A stretch of 28,664 nucleotides of DNA from a virus (lineage: Duplodnaviria; Caudoviricetes): the IMG/VR virus record IMGVR_UViG_3300005512_000242, positions 1-28,664 of that record. The stretch is one strand, 5' to 3'. The translations under genes and the position numbers were made by a program. The notes under the pieces were generated by a model. It worked only from the letters and a program-made list of their open reading frames with translations. It was not told the origin of the DNA and ran no database searches. How positions within the stretch are numbered: the first letter of the stretch is position 1; every line of letters begins with the position of its first letter. This document shows positions 1 through 6,813 of this stretch, piece by piece.

Positions 1-44
1 ATCACTGGGCATGGAGGTCAGAACTATGCCACATGGAGAACAGA

Positions 45-57
45 CCCGGGTCCTGGC
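45..57. repeat. Palindrome family B, degenerate copy (CCCGGGTCCTGGC)
   Basis: 11/13 match to CCCAGGWCCTGGG. Confidence 0.5.
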
Positions 58-142
58 AGTTAAAAAGCTGCCTACCTTACTATCACTTACTATCACACAT
101 GGGGGTCAGCTCGCTCGCAGCGCAGCATGGGGGTCACAAATA

Positions 143-157
143 GTCATCACTGATTAC
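143..157 (-). promoter_or_regulatory. Palindrome family A, inverted copy (GTCATCACTGATTAC with T-tract on the right)
   Basis: 14/15 match to GTAATCACTGATTAC; flanking tract is CTTTTT on the right, i.e. opposite orientation to the other copies. Confidence 0.7.
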
Positions 158-181
158 CTTTTTCCAGTTTGCCTACCTTCC

Positions 182-210
182 TTGACATACACAAATTTGT
201 GTAGTAATAT
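182..210 (+). promoter_or_regulatory. Sigma70-type early promoter
   Basis: TTGACA (182-187), 17 bp spacer, TAATAT (205-210). Confidence 0.8.
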
Positions 211-255
211 TAAAGGGATAGTGAGGCATGGGGTTTCGCTACAGCATCAAAAAAA

Positions 256-270
256 GTAATCACTGATTAC
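256..270 (+). promoter_or_regulatory. Palindrome family A (operator-like GTAATCACTGATTAC)
   Basis: Perfect 7-1-7 inverted repeat preceded by A7, just upstream of the RBS of gene 293. Confidence 0.8.
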
Positions 271-292
271 CAAAACAGAAAGGCGGTGTGAT

Positions 293-520
293 ATGAAAAT
301 GGTATGGGATAATGACAGGCCGACAGTAACCGCAAATGGTCTGAAGTCGCGTGGCACACTTGAGCGTGTCGCACCTGATACGCAACGCAAGCACATGGAG
401 CGATTATATCCTGTGCTGCGCATGGGTGCATTGGAAATGCAACGGCAAGCGCAAGTGGCTCTTGAGCAACACAAGCAACGCAAATGCAATGAGTTCATAG
501 ACTGGTTAAACAATTTGTGA
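293..520 (+). CDS. Hypothetical early protein, 75 aa
   Basis: ORF after promoter, with AAGGCGG RBS-like sequence. Confidence 0.7.
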   Translation: MKMVWDNDRPTVTANGLKSRGTLERVAPDTQRKHMERLYPVLRMGALEMQRQAQVALEQHKQRKCNEFIDWLNNL

Positions 521-521
521 G

Positions 522-534
522 TCCAGGACCTGGG
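522..534. promoter_or_regulatory. Palindrome family B (TCCAGGACCTGGG) abutting a -35 box
   Basis: Inverted repeat ending 1 nt before TTGACA. Confidence 0.65.
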
Positions 535-535
535 C

Positions 536-564
536 TTGACATTCCTTTTATCTTGTGATAATGT
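536..564 (+). promoter_or_regulatory. Sigma70-type promoter
   Basis: TTGACA (536-541), 17 bp spacer, extended -10 TGnTAATGT (556-564). Confidence 0.75.
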
Positions 565-609
565 ATATAAAGAATAAGGGATAACCCTTTGAACACTAAC
601 CTAAAAAAA

Positions 610-624
610 GTAATCGGAGATGAC
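610..624 (+). promoter_or_regulatory. Palindrome family A variant containing a Shine-Dalgarno (GTAATCGGAGATGAC)
   Basis: Preceded by A7 and followed by TAAAATG; GGAG in the centre. Confidence 0.65.
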
Positions 625-628
625 TAAA

Positions 629-1330
629 ATGACCATAACAAATGAACAATGGAATGATTTATTCCGCTACTGCGAAGACATTGGGATGTTTGTCAGTGAC
701 AGGCCAATCAACGACACAGAGAACCACAAGGGGTCGTGCTTACACAAAACAGACTATTGTGATGAGACTTGTTACAATGTCAAACTGTATAAAATGTATC
801 CCAACATGGCAAAGCGAGATGACCGATGTGAGACTATATGGCAGGCTATTGACCGACAAGCAATGCCCAGTTTCCAAGCGTTTCTCAAGCGAAAGCGCAA
901 GCCAACCAAGCGTATGCGTCATATGTCTAGGGGCGAGGCTTTCAGTTCTGTTGCAGATGTGTATCGTGTGCGAGAAATGTTGCTGGCTGCACCTGATACA
1001 ATTTTCTGGATACCGACTAGGGCTTGGCGCAATCCTATGCTTAAACTTATGATTGAGCAGGATATTATGACGCTACCGAATGCCGCTATCAATGCGTCAT
1101 TTGACCCTAGCAACACCAAAGAAGAATGGACTATGATGGAGCAGTCTGGCTGGAACATCATGTTCTATGGGGATGACGACTTGACCACCAGTCCGTCTAG
1201 TGGTAAGCGTATGTTCCTATGCCCCAAGACACACAAGAAACTCAAGGGGCATTGTATCGACTGCAAGGCAGGTTGCTTTGCACAAACTACCATAGGCAGA
1301 CAGCAAATTGTGCATCTGTCTGAACACTAA
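629..1330 (+). CDS. GP88-like (radical-SAM-like, Cys-rich) phage protein; alternative start 620
   Basis: C-x6-C-x3-C-Y motif (CLHKTDYCDETCY), RHMSRGE, PDTIFWIPTR, C-terminal CP...CIDC...GC. Confidence 0.65.
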   Translation: MTITNEQWNDLFRYCEDIGMFVSDRPINDTENHKGSCLHKTDYCDETCYNVKLYKMYPNMAKRDDRCETIWQAIDRQAMPSFQAFLKRKRKPTKRMRHMSRGEAFSSVADVYRVREMLLAAPDTIFWIPTRAWRNPMLKLMIEQDIMTLPNAAINASFDPSNTKEEWTMMEQSGWNIMFYGDDDLTTSPSSGKRMFLCPKTHKKLKGHCIDCKAGCFAQTTIGRQQIVHLSEH

Positions 1331-1334
1331 AAAA

Positions 1335-1349
1335 GTAATCAGAGGTGAC
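1335..1349 (+). promoter_or_regulatory. Palindrome family A variant containing a Shine-Dalgarno (GTAATCAGAGGTGAC)
   Basis: A-tract starts in the previous stop codon; contains GAGGTG; followed by TAAAATG. Confidence 0.65.
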
Positions 1350-1353
1350 TAAA

Positions 1354-1518
1354 ATGATTGAAAATACACTTAAACTCGTTTGTGCCGTAGGTGGTGCAGT
1401 TCTTGTCACTCTTGCCTTGCCAGAACTTCTGGACTATGCTGCGCCTATGGCTGTTATGGCCTATACTGCAGGTATCATAGTTGGTGGGGCAGGTATTCGT
1501 TCTATCCTTCGGGGTTGA
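1354..1518 (+). CDS. Small two-TM membrane protein, 54 aa (not in ORF track)
   Basis: MIENTLKLVCAVGGAVLVTLALPELLDYAAPMAVMAYTAGIIVGGAGIRSILRG*; GAGGTG RBS; fills the gap between genes. Confidence 0.7.
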   Translation: MIENTLKLVCAVGGAVLVTLALPELLDYAAPMAVMAYTAGIIVGGAGIRSILRG

Positions 1519-1543
1519 CAATTATGGTAGGCTTTCGTAAAGT
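1515..1543 (+). promoter_or_regulatory. Sigma70-type internal promoter
   Basis: TTGACA (1515-1520), 17 bp spacer, TAAAGT (1538-1543). Confidence 0.55.
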
Positions 1544-1694
1544 AAATCCTGTAGCGAAGGCTATGGCACTTTCACGGCGTAAGTCGATGGTTGTGCCAGA
1601 TAAAACAAAACACAATCGCAGAAAGGAGAAAGACCATGCGAGACAAGAACGAGATGCCTATGTTCGAGAAACTTCCAGTAAAGAAGAGTCGTGA
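1524..1694 (+). CDS. Small basic protein, ArfA-like (NPVAK motif)
   Basis: MVGFRKVNPVAKAMALSRRKSMVVPDKTKHNRRKEK..., resembling phage ArfA-like peptides. Confidence 0.5.
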   Translation: MVGFRKVNPVAKAMALSRRKSMVVPDKTKHNRRKEKDHARQERDAYVRETSSKEES

Positions 1695-1800
1695 ACTAGG
1701 TGAACGTGAACGCAAGAAGCGTGTGCGTAAGGCGCAGCGCAGGGCAAAGCAACGACACCAGACCGACTTCTGGTTGCGTGAGAATCTGCGTAGAGCCTAA
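1636..1800 (+). CDS. Highly basic (R/K-rich) small protein, 54 aa
   Basis: AAGGAG RBS then ATG at 1636; ERKKRVRKAQRRAKQR. Confidence 0.7.
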   Translation: MRDKNEMPMFEKLPVKKSRELGERERKKRVRKAQRRAKQRHQTDFWLRENLRRA

Positions 1801-1807
1801 CAACCAA

Positions 1808-1840
1808 GGTGGGGACAGGTCGTGGTGGTTTGTCCTCACC
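1808..1840 (+). other. Intergenic RNA hairpin (14-bp stem with G-U pairs, no U-tract)
   Basis: GGTGGGGACAGGTC-GTGGT-GGTTTGTCCTCACC. Confidence 0.55.
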
Positions 1841-1856
1841 GCTTAAACCAAAAAAG

Positions 1857-1871
1857 GTAATCACTGATTAC
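1857..1871 (+). promoter_or_regulatory. Palindrome family A (GTAATCACTGATTAC)
   Basis: Perfect copy with A-tract on the left, TAAAA on the right, upstream of the RBS of gene 1900. Confidence 0.8.
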
Positions 1872-1899
1872 TAAAACCAATACAGAAAGGAGACATATC

Positions 1900-2148
1900 A
1901 TGTCATACATCAAAGTAAAAGTTACTAACATCCTCAATGCAATCGCTGGTGCAAAGCCAACAATTGATCGCCAGAACTATGCAACATACAACCGCATGGG
2001 CAAATACTATGTAGGTCCATCTGCAAATGGCAAGTTCCTGCAAGTGAATGACGGACTGCACATTCGCTACTATGGCAACCCATTCTGGAATCTGTATCGG
2101 GTTGTCAGCAAGAATGGCAATGACTTTGTAATTCACCAAGCAAAGTAA
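1900..2148 (+). CDS. Hypothetical protein, 82 aa
   Basis: AAGGAG RBS; ORF followed by terminator. Confidence 0.8.
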   Translation: MSYIKVKVTNILNAIAGAKPTIDRQNYATYNRMGKYYVGPSANGKFLQVNDGLHIRYYGNPFWNLYRVVSKNGNDFVIHQAK

Positions 2149-2160
2149 TTACACCAACAA

Positions 2161-2185
2161 TGGGGGCTACAATGCCCCCACTTTT
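2161..2185 (+). terminator. Intrinsic terminator
   Basis: TGGGGGC-TACAAT-GCCCCCA followed by CTTTT. Confidence 0.7.
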
Positions 2186-2190
2186 ATAAA

Positions 2191-2205
2191 ACCCAGGTCC
2201 TGGGT
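2191..2205. promoter_or_regulatory. Palindrome family B, perfect copy (ACCCAGGTCCTGGGT)
   Basis: 7-1-7 inverted repeat between terminator and RBS. Confidence 0.7.
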
Positions 2206-2224
2206 ATGAAAGGAGTGTTATATC

Positions 2225-2644
2225 ATGGGATTAGATATGTATCTTACAGGTGATCGTTACAAGTATAATGAGTATGATGACGACTACAACGAAATCAATA
2301 TCCAGTATGTGGATGGTTTCAGACTGAAATCACAACGCCTTGAACTTGGCTATTGGCGTAAGCACGCAAACCTGCACGGCTATATTGTCAACACATTTGC
2401 TGATGGTGTAGATGAATGTCAGGTAATCCATATGTCTGTGGAAAGGCTACGACAGGTGGCACAAGCCTTGCGAGATGACGACTTGCCACATACAGAGGGC
2501 TTCTTCTTTGGCAGTGATGAATTGCGAGAGGAATACCGCAAGTATTACGAAGAAGATGCACAAGTATTTGATGCGGCTGCCGATTGGGTGGAGAATGCGC
2601 CCAAAGGTTTGTGGAACAGTGTTGAGTATCACGCATCTTGGTAA
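2225..2644 (+). CDS. Conserved phage protein (MGLDMY...YWRK...ASW family), function unknown
   Basis: N-terminal MGLDMYL, YWRKHANLH, GFFFGS, C-terminal YHASW. Confidence 0.8.
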   Translation: MGLDMYLTGDRYKYNEYDDDYNEINIQYVDGFRLKSQRLELGYWRKHANLHGYIVNTFADGVDECQVIHMSVERLRQVAQALRDDDLPHTEGFFFGSDELREEYRKYYEEDAQVFDAAADWVENAPKGLWNSVEYHASW

Positions 2645-2676
2645 ACCAAAACTAGATTATGAAAGGAGATTGACAC

Positions 2677-3042
2677 ATGACAATTACACATCTTGACAAG
2701 ACCACGCTGCGGTTTATCCGTGAGCAAATCAATGACGCACTTGCTGGCTCAATTGAGGGCTTGGAGTTGCGTGCTGGCAACTGTTCTTACTCTGGCAACA
2801 TTGCTACCTTCAAACTTGAAGTGAAGATTGAGGGTGCAGAAAGCATGGAGATGCAAGACTTGCGGCGTTACGCTTATATGTATGGCATTGACCTTGAGAA
2901 GACACACCCTGTCTACACTCTTGTTGGGTTCTTGCCACGCTCAAGTAAGTATCCATTCCTTGTGAAGAAAGCAGGTGCGGATGGCACATACAAAATCACA
3001 GAAGAAACAGCTAAACGCTATTTCGGAAAGGAGGCCGCATAA
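2677..3042 (+). CDS. Hypothetical phage protein, 121 aa
   Basis: AAGGAG RBS; coupled to the next gene (TAATG). Confidence 0.8.
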   Translation: MTITHLDKTTLRFIREQINDALAGSIEGLELRAGNCSYSGNIATFKLEVKIEGAESMEMQDLRRYAYMYGIDLEKTHPVYTLVGFLPRSSKYPFLVKKAGADGTYKITEETAKRYFGKEAA

Positions 3043-3548
3043 TGCCTAATTGGTGCAACAACACAGTTTATCTTGAAAACACAGACGAGCAGGCTATTGA
3101 TGCCCTGATTGCTGTCTTGCAGACTGGTGAGGAAGCAGAAATCTTTCAGCATCTTCGCCCCATGCCAGATGAGGACACTCTACCCAAAGCATCTGTAGAT
3201 GACTCCATGCCTGCGTGGTATCGTTGGCGACTGACTAATTGGGGAACCAAATGGGATGCTTCCTCTGTGCATTATAACGTCACGAGCAACACCAGCATTC
3301 GTCTATACTTTGACACTGCTTGGGGTCCACCAACTGACTTGTATGAATACATGACAAGTAATGGTTGGGACATTGATGCCTACTATGTCGAGTGGGGCAT
3401 GGATTATTGTGGTCGCTGGCATGATGGTGAAGAACTGTATGTCAACAGTATGTCTGATGATCCAATACCAGAAGAAATAGATGAAGAACTTGACTTATCT
3501 GAACAAATCGCTATGATGCGTGAAGAATATAGAGAGGAGATAGCGTAA
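3042..3548 (+). CDS. DUF1281/YubB-like ferredoxin-fold protein
   Basis: MPNWCNN start, WYxWRxxNWGTKWD, FDTAWGPP, ExGMxYCG. Confidence 0.8.
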   Translation: MPNWCNNTVYLENTDEQAIDALIAVLQTGEEAEIFQHLRPMPDEDTLPKASVDDSMPAWYRWRLTNWGTKWDASSVHYNVTSNTSIRLYFDTAWGPPTDLYEYMTSNGWDIDAYYVEWGMDYCGRWHDGEELYVNSMSDDPIPEEIDEELDLSEQIAMMREEYREEIA

Positions 3549-3748
3549 TGAGAAACGGAGATTTAACAAACTACTTTAGCCAACTGGTAGGTTACAAAAT
3601 CATTCGCTTTGAATACGAGCAGGATGAGTATGACGATGAGCCATTTCCAGTATTCCTACTTCAACACGCAGACACCAAGGAAACACTCAAGGTGTCTGTA
3701 TCCTGTGACCCTGAAGGTAATGGTGCAGGGTTCTTGTTCATAGAGTAA
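3548..3748 (+). CDS. Hypothetical protein, 66 aa
   Basis: GAGGAG RBS; C-terminal DPEGNGAGFLFIE. Confidence 0.75.
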   Translation: MRNGDLTNYFSQLVGYKIIRFEYEQDEYDDEPFPVFLLQHADTKETLKVSVSCDPEGNGAGFLFIE

Positions 3749-3753
3749 AAAAA

Positions 3754-3768
3754 GTAATCACTGATTAC
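3754..3768 (+). promoter_or_regulatory. Palindrome family A (GTAATCACTGATTAC)
   Basis: Perfect copy between the stop at 3748 and the methyltransferase RBS. Confidence 0.8.
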
Positions 3769-3784
3769 TAAAAGGAGAGACAGT

Positions 3785-4909
3785 ATGAATGTTCTATCTT
3801 TATTTGATGGTATGTCCTGTGGACGCATTGCCTTGGACAAAGCAGGTATCCCTGTCACAAACTACTTTGCTAGTGAGATTGACAAGTATGCCATCCAAGT
3901 TGCCAAGGCTAACTACCCTGATACAATTCACATAGGTGATGTTCAGCAAGTTATGTGGCCTGAAACATTTGAGGGCATCAAGATTGACCTATTATTGGGT
4001 GGTTCACCTTGTCAGGGCTTCAGTATGGCTGGCAAGCGATTGAACTTTGATGACCCACGCAGCAAGTTGTTCTTTGAATATGTGCGTATCCTCAAGGAGT
4101 GCAAGCCCAAGTATTTCCTGCTTGAGAATGTGCGTATGAAACAGGAGAGCCAAGACATCATCAGTGAATATCTTGGTGTGCAACCTGTTGCTATCAACAG
4201 CAGTCTATTGTCTGCACAGAATCGTTACAGGCTATACTGGACAAACATTCCGTTTGATACGCCCCAGGACCTGGGTATCAAGTTGCAGGACATTCTTGAG
4301 GATGACTTCATTACTGATAGAGAGAAGTCTCACTGTCTTGATGCCAACTACTTCAAGGGCGGTGGTATGTCTAACCTTCGTGTCTACTTTGACAAGAGCC
4401 GCAGACAGATTGTCTTCAGCAAGGATGGCTTGTGCCATGTCGGTGATGCAGACATCAAGGGTCACGGATACAACAAGCGTGTGTATCATCCTGAAGGTAA
4501 GTCACCTAGCCTGTGTGCTGCAAGTGGTGGCAACCTTGAGCCAAAGGTAATGGTCAACCCTGCCTCTATCGTGGGGCGTAGGTTGCAGGATGGTGTGCGT
4601 AAAGATGATGACAAGTCTATACCCATCACCCAATGCCTTGAGGTGCATGAGCATGACAAGTCTCGTTGCTTGTCCACTATAAGCAAAGACACCTTGATTT
4701 CTATCCTGTCACAAGGTAGATATGAGGATGCCTACACAAAAGAGATGCGTCCTTTGTGGCGTAAGCTAACACCGCTAGAATGTGAGCGATTACAAACTGT
4801 TCCTGATGGCTACACAAACCATGTGTCAAACAGTCAGCGTTACAAGATGCTTGGCAATGGGTGGACAGTCGATGTTGTCGCACACATATTGAAAGGAGTA
4901 AGTGGATGA
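3785..4909 (+). CDS. DNA (cytosine-5)-methyltransferase
   Basis: Motif I LSLFDGMSCG, catalytic GGSPCQGFS, ENV, QNRxRLYW, RKLTPLECERLQ, YKMLGNGW. Confidence 0.95.
   Translation: MNVLSLFDGMSCGRIALDKAGIPVTNYFASEIDKYAIQVAKANYPDTIHIGDVQQVMWPETFEGIKIDLLLGGSPCQGFSMAGKRLNFDDPRSKLFFEYVRILKECKPKYFLLENVRMKQESQDIISEYLGVQPVAINSSLLSAQNRYRLYWTNIPFDTPQDLGIKLQDILEDDFITDREKSHCLDANYFKGGGMSNLRVYFDKSRRQIVFSKDGLCHVGDADIKGHGYNKRVYHPEGKSPSLCAASGGNLEPKVMVNPASIVGRRLQDGVRKDDDKSIPITQCLEVHEHDKSRCLSTISKDTLISILSQGRYEDAYTKEMRPLWRKLTPLECERLQTVPDGYTNHVSNSQRYKMLGNGWTVDVVAHILKGVSG
4263..4275. repeat. Palindrome family B inside the methyltransferase gene (CCCAGGACCTGGG)
   Basis: Perfect 6-1-6 inverted repeat. Confidence 0.65.
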
Positions 4910-5688
4910 TTATTGCGTGGTGGTCAGCGGGTGTTACCAGTGCCGTAGCAACCAAGTTGGCTATTGATAAGTATGGCAAGGATAATGTTCTGCCAATCTA
5001 TTTTCACATAGACTCTGCACATAAAGATAATGCTAGGTTCAAAGAGCAATGTGAAGAATGGTATGGCAGGACTATCCAAGTCGAACAGGCAAAGGGATAT
5101 AACAATCAGTTCGATGTCATACTCAAAGATAAATATGTCAACGGACCTGGGGGTGCAAGATGCACACTTATTCTCAAGAAGCGAGTGCGCCAACGCATTG
5201 AACGCAACACAGAATATGATGGTCAGGTGTTTGGCTTTGAGTATTCCAAGAAAGAAATCAATCGTGCTATTCGTTTCAGAGAACAGTATCCTGATGCGCA
5301 GCCTTTGTTTCCTTTGATTGAAAATAAGATGACCAAGCCAGAGTGTTTGTATTATCTTGAGCAAGCAGGGATTGAGCGTCCCGAAATGTATAAGTTAGGG
5401 TATGGCAATAACAACTGCATTGGTTGTGTCAAAGGCGGTAAGGGATACTGGAATAAGATACGAGAAGATTTTCCTGACTTCTTTGATCGCATGGCACAAG
5501 CAGAACGTGAAGTTGGCAACTCTTGTATTCGTGGAAAGTTCTTGGATGAGTTAGACCCACAAGAGGGTAGACAACAGAAGATGATTATGCCAGACTGCGG
5601 CAACTTTTGTGACATTGAGTTTGCAGATGTAATGCACAAAAAGGTTGATGAGATATATGAAGAACCTGAACAACTGCAGTTAATATGA
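4906..5688 (+). CDS. PP-loop (PAPS reductase / adenine nucleotide alpha-hydrolase family) protein with Cys motifs
   Basis: WWSAGVTSAV PP-loop variant, CTxxLKK, FPLI, YxLGYxNNNCIGCVKGG, C-terminal CGNFC; ATGA overlap with the methyltransferase stop. Confidence 0.8.
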   Translation: MIIAWWSAGVTSAVATKLAIDKYGKDNVLPIYFHIDSAHKDNARFKEQCEEWYGRTIQVEQAKGYNNQFDVILKDKYVNGPGGARCTLILKKRVRQRIERNTEYDGQVFGFEYSKKEINRAIRFREQYPDAQPLFPLIENKMTKPECLYYLEQAGIERPEMYKLGYGNNNCIGCVKGGKGYWNKIREDFPDFFDRMAQAEREVGNSCIRGKFLDELDPQEGRQQKMIMPDCGNFCDIEFADVMHKKVDEIYEEPEQLQLI

Positions 5689-5701
5689 AAGGAGTAACGA
5701 C

Positions 5702-5935
5702 ATGAGCATTTACAAATACAAACCAAAGCCTATGACCAAGGGGCAATATGAAGCACTCGATATGCTGCTGGCATATGTAGAAGCAGATGAACGTAAGCAT
5801 TGGGAACAGATGGGCAAGCCAGAGGATGGTCACATTTATGTGTTCATAAAAAAACTGCTTGACTACAAATACCAATGTCAGGTAATAGATAAGAAGGCTG
5901 ATGATGGTTGGCCTATGGACAGGGCAGATGACTAA
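5702..5935 (+). CDS. Hypothetical protein, 77 aa
   Basis: AAGGAG RBS. Confidence 0.75.
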   Translation: MSIYKYKPKPMTKGQYEALDMLLAYVEADERKHWEQMGKPEDGHIYVFIKKLLDYKYQCQVIDKKADDGWPMDRADD

Positions 5936-6071
5936 CTGTGAAACACTACTCTGTGTCTACAATCAACTACCCGCTATGAATACAGAAGATTATGTTGTAT
6001 GTGGAATACTAATCTTTTATGTAGTAGGAATACTTGCTACATTTTACATAGCAATGAAAGGAGATTTTTGA
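5928..6071 (+). CDS. Small single-TM membrane protein, 47 aa (not in ORF track)
   Basis: MTNCETLLCVYNQLPAMNTEDYVVCGILIFYVVGILATFYIAMKGDF*; fills the gap exactly. Confidence 0.6.
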   Translation: MTNCETLLCVYNQLPAMNTEDYVVCGILIFYVVGILATFYIAMKGDF

Positions 6072-6072
6072 C

Positions 6073-6408
6073 ATGGAAAAAACTAAAAAGAAAATCACAG
6101 TGCGTTTTGTAGTTGAACAGGACTTTGAAGTAGAGGTCAGAGACAGTGACCTTGGCATGGGTAGCTTCTATGCTATCGGAGATGTCATGGTGTCTAGCGG
6201 CTTTGACCAATGGGATTTGTTGACACATGAGAATGTCTTTGATAATCCTGTAGGTGAATTGAGGCCAGTTCATAATGACCATTGGTCTGATGTCAACCTT
6301 TACAATCTGGGGCTGCATAGCGAATACATTCAGCCGTGGTTGTTTGAAGGCCAAAAAGACAAAGACCCTTACGAAGAAGAAGAGGAGAATGATGATGCTG
6401 TTACATGA
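6073..6408 (+). CDS. Hypothetical acidic protein, 111 aa
   Basis: AAGGAG RBS. Confidence 0.75.
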   Translation: MEKTKKKITVRFVVEQDFEVEVRDSDLGMGSFYAIGDVMVSSGFDQWDLLTHENVFDNPVGELRPVHNDHWSDVNLYNLGLHSEYIQPWLFEGQKDKDPYEEEEENDDAVT

Positions 6409-6604
6409 GTTTTACAGTGATGAAGATTGCAGCCGGGGTGACATATCATACCGCAAGTCGTGTGTGTTCAAGGAACCTGATGGCAGCTACACCATTGTGC
6501 TAATACAGGATGGTGCTATTGTGGATGAACTGAATCTGCTTGGACGCTCTGAACAATACGCAGAGGATACCGCAGAGGATTGGGTAATGGGAGTGAGGCG
6601 ATGA
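6395..6604 (+). CDS. Hypothetical phage protein
   Basis: GAGGAG RBS; C-terminal SEQYAEDTAEDWVMG. Confidence 0.75.
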   Translation: MLLHEFYSDEDCSRGDISYRKSCVFKEPDGSYTIVLIQDGAIVDELNLLGRSEQYAEDTAEDWVMGVRR

Positions 6605-6813
6605 AATACATAGTCGAATTACTACTCACATACGAAGTAGATGCACCAGACATGCGACAAGCACAGACCATTGCTATGCAAAGAGGAGTAGACCTGTTTC
6701 ACAGCGAGGATGATTTGTTCAAGCACATAGATAAAGACATGAAGTGCTTGTCATCTATGGTGGGAGAGATATCTGTTGTTGAAGAAAAAGATAAAAAAGG
6801 AGAGTTACGATGA
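6601..6813 (+). CDS. Hypothetical protein
   Basis: ATGA coupling; GGAGTGAGG RBS. Confidence 0.7.
   Translation: MKYIVELLLTYEVDAPDMRQAQTIAMQRGVDLFHSEDDLFKHIDKDMKCLSSMVGEISVVEEKDKKGELR

Larger units (their letters stand above)
10..179. repeat. Cluster of short direct repeats upstream of the first promoter
   Basis: CATGG(A/G)GGTCA at 10-20, 98-108 and 126-136; TGCCTACCTT at 69-78 and 170-179; tandem CTTACTATCA x2 at 76-95. Confidence 0.7.

Noticed and set aside
11-259. 82-aa ORF
   Set aside because: Runs through the repeat cluster, promoter and operators; no RBS visible within the window
249-275. Palindrome A plus A-tract as a minus-strand intrinsic terminator
   Set aside because: Stem is AT-rich and only 6 bp with a 3-nt loop, and the variants break pairing; weak, though not fully excluded
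1380-1523. Cys-rich N-terminal extension of the 1380-1694 ORF
   Set aside because: It is the alternative frame of the 1354-1518 membrane protein; start at 1524 preferred
2670-2698. TTGACA hexamers at 2670 and 2693 as promoters
   Set aside because: No acceptable -10 box at 17 bp spacing
143-3768. Palindromic repeats as a CRISPR array, with the Cas4-like gene as cas
   Set aside because: Repeats are 15 bp and irregularly spaced by whole genes; the Cas4-like nuclease sits in the normal replication module
4906-5688. Sulfate-assimilation gene cysH
   Set aside because: Lacks the C-terminal ECGLH motif and the canonical SGGxDS; its context is a DNA methyltransferase
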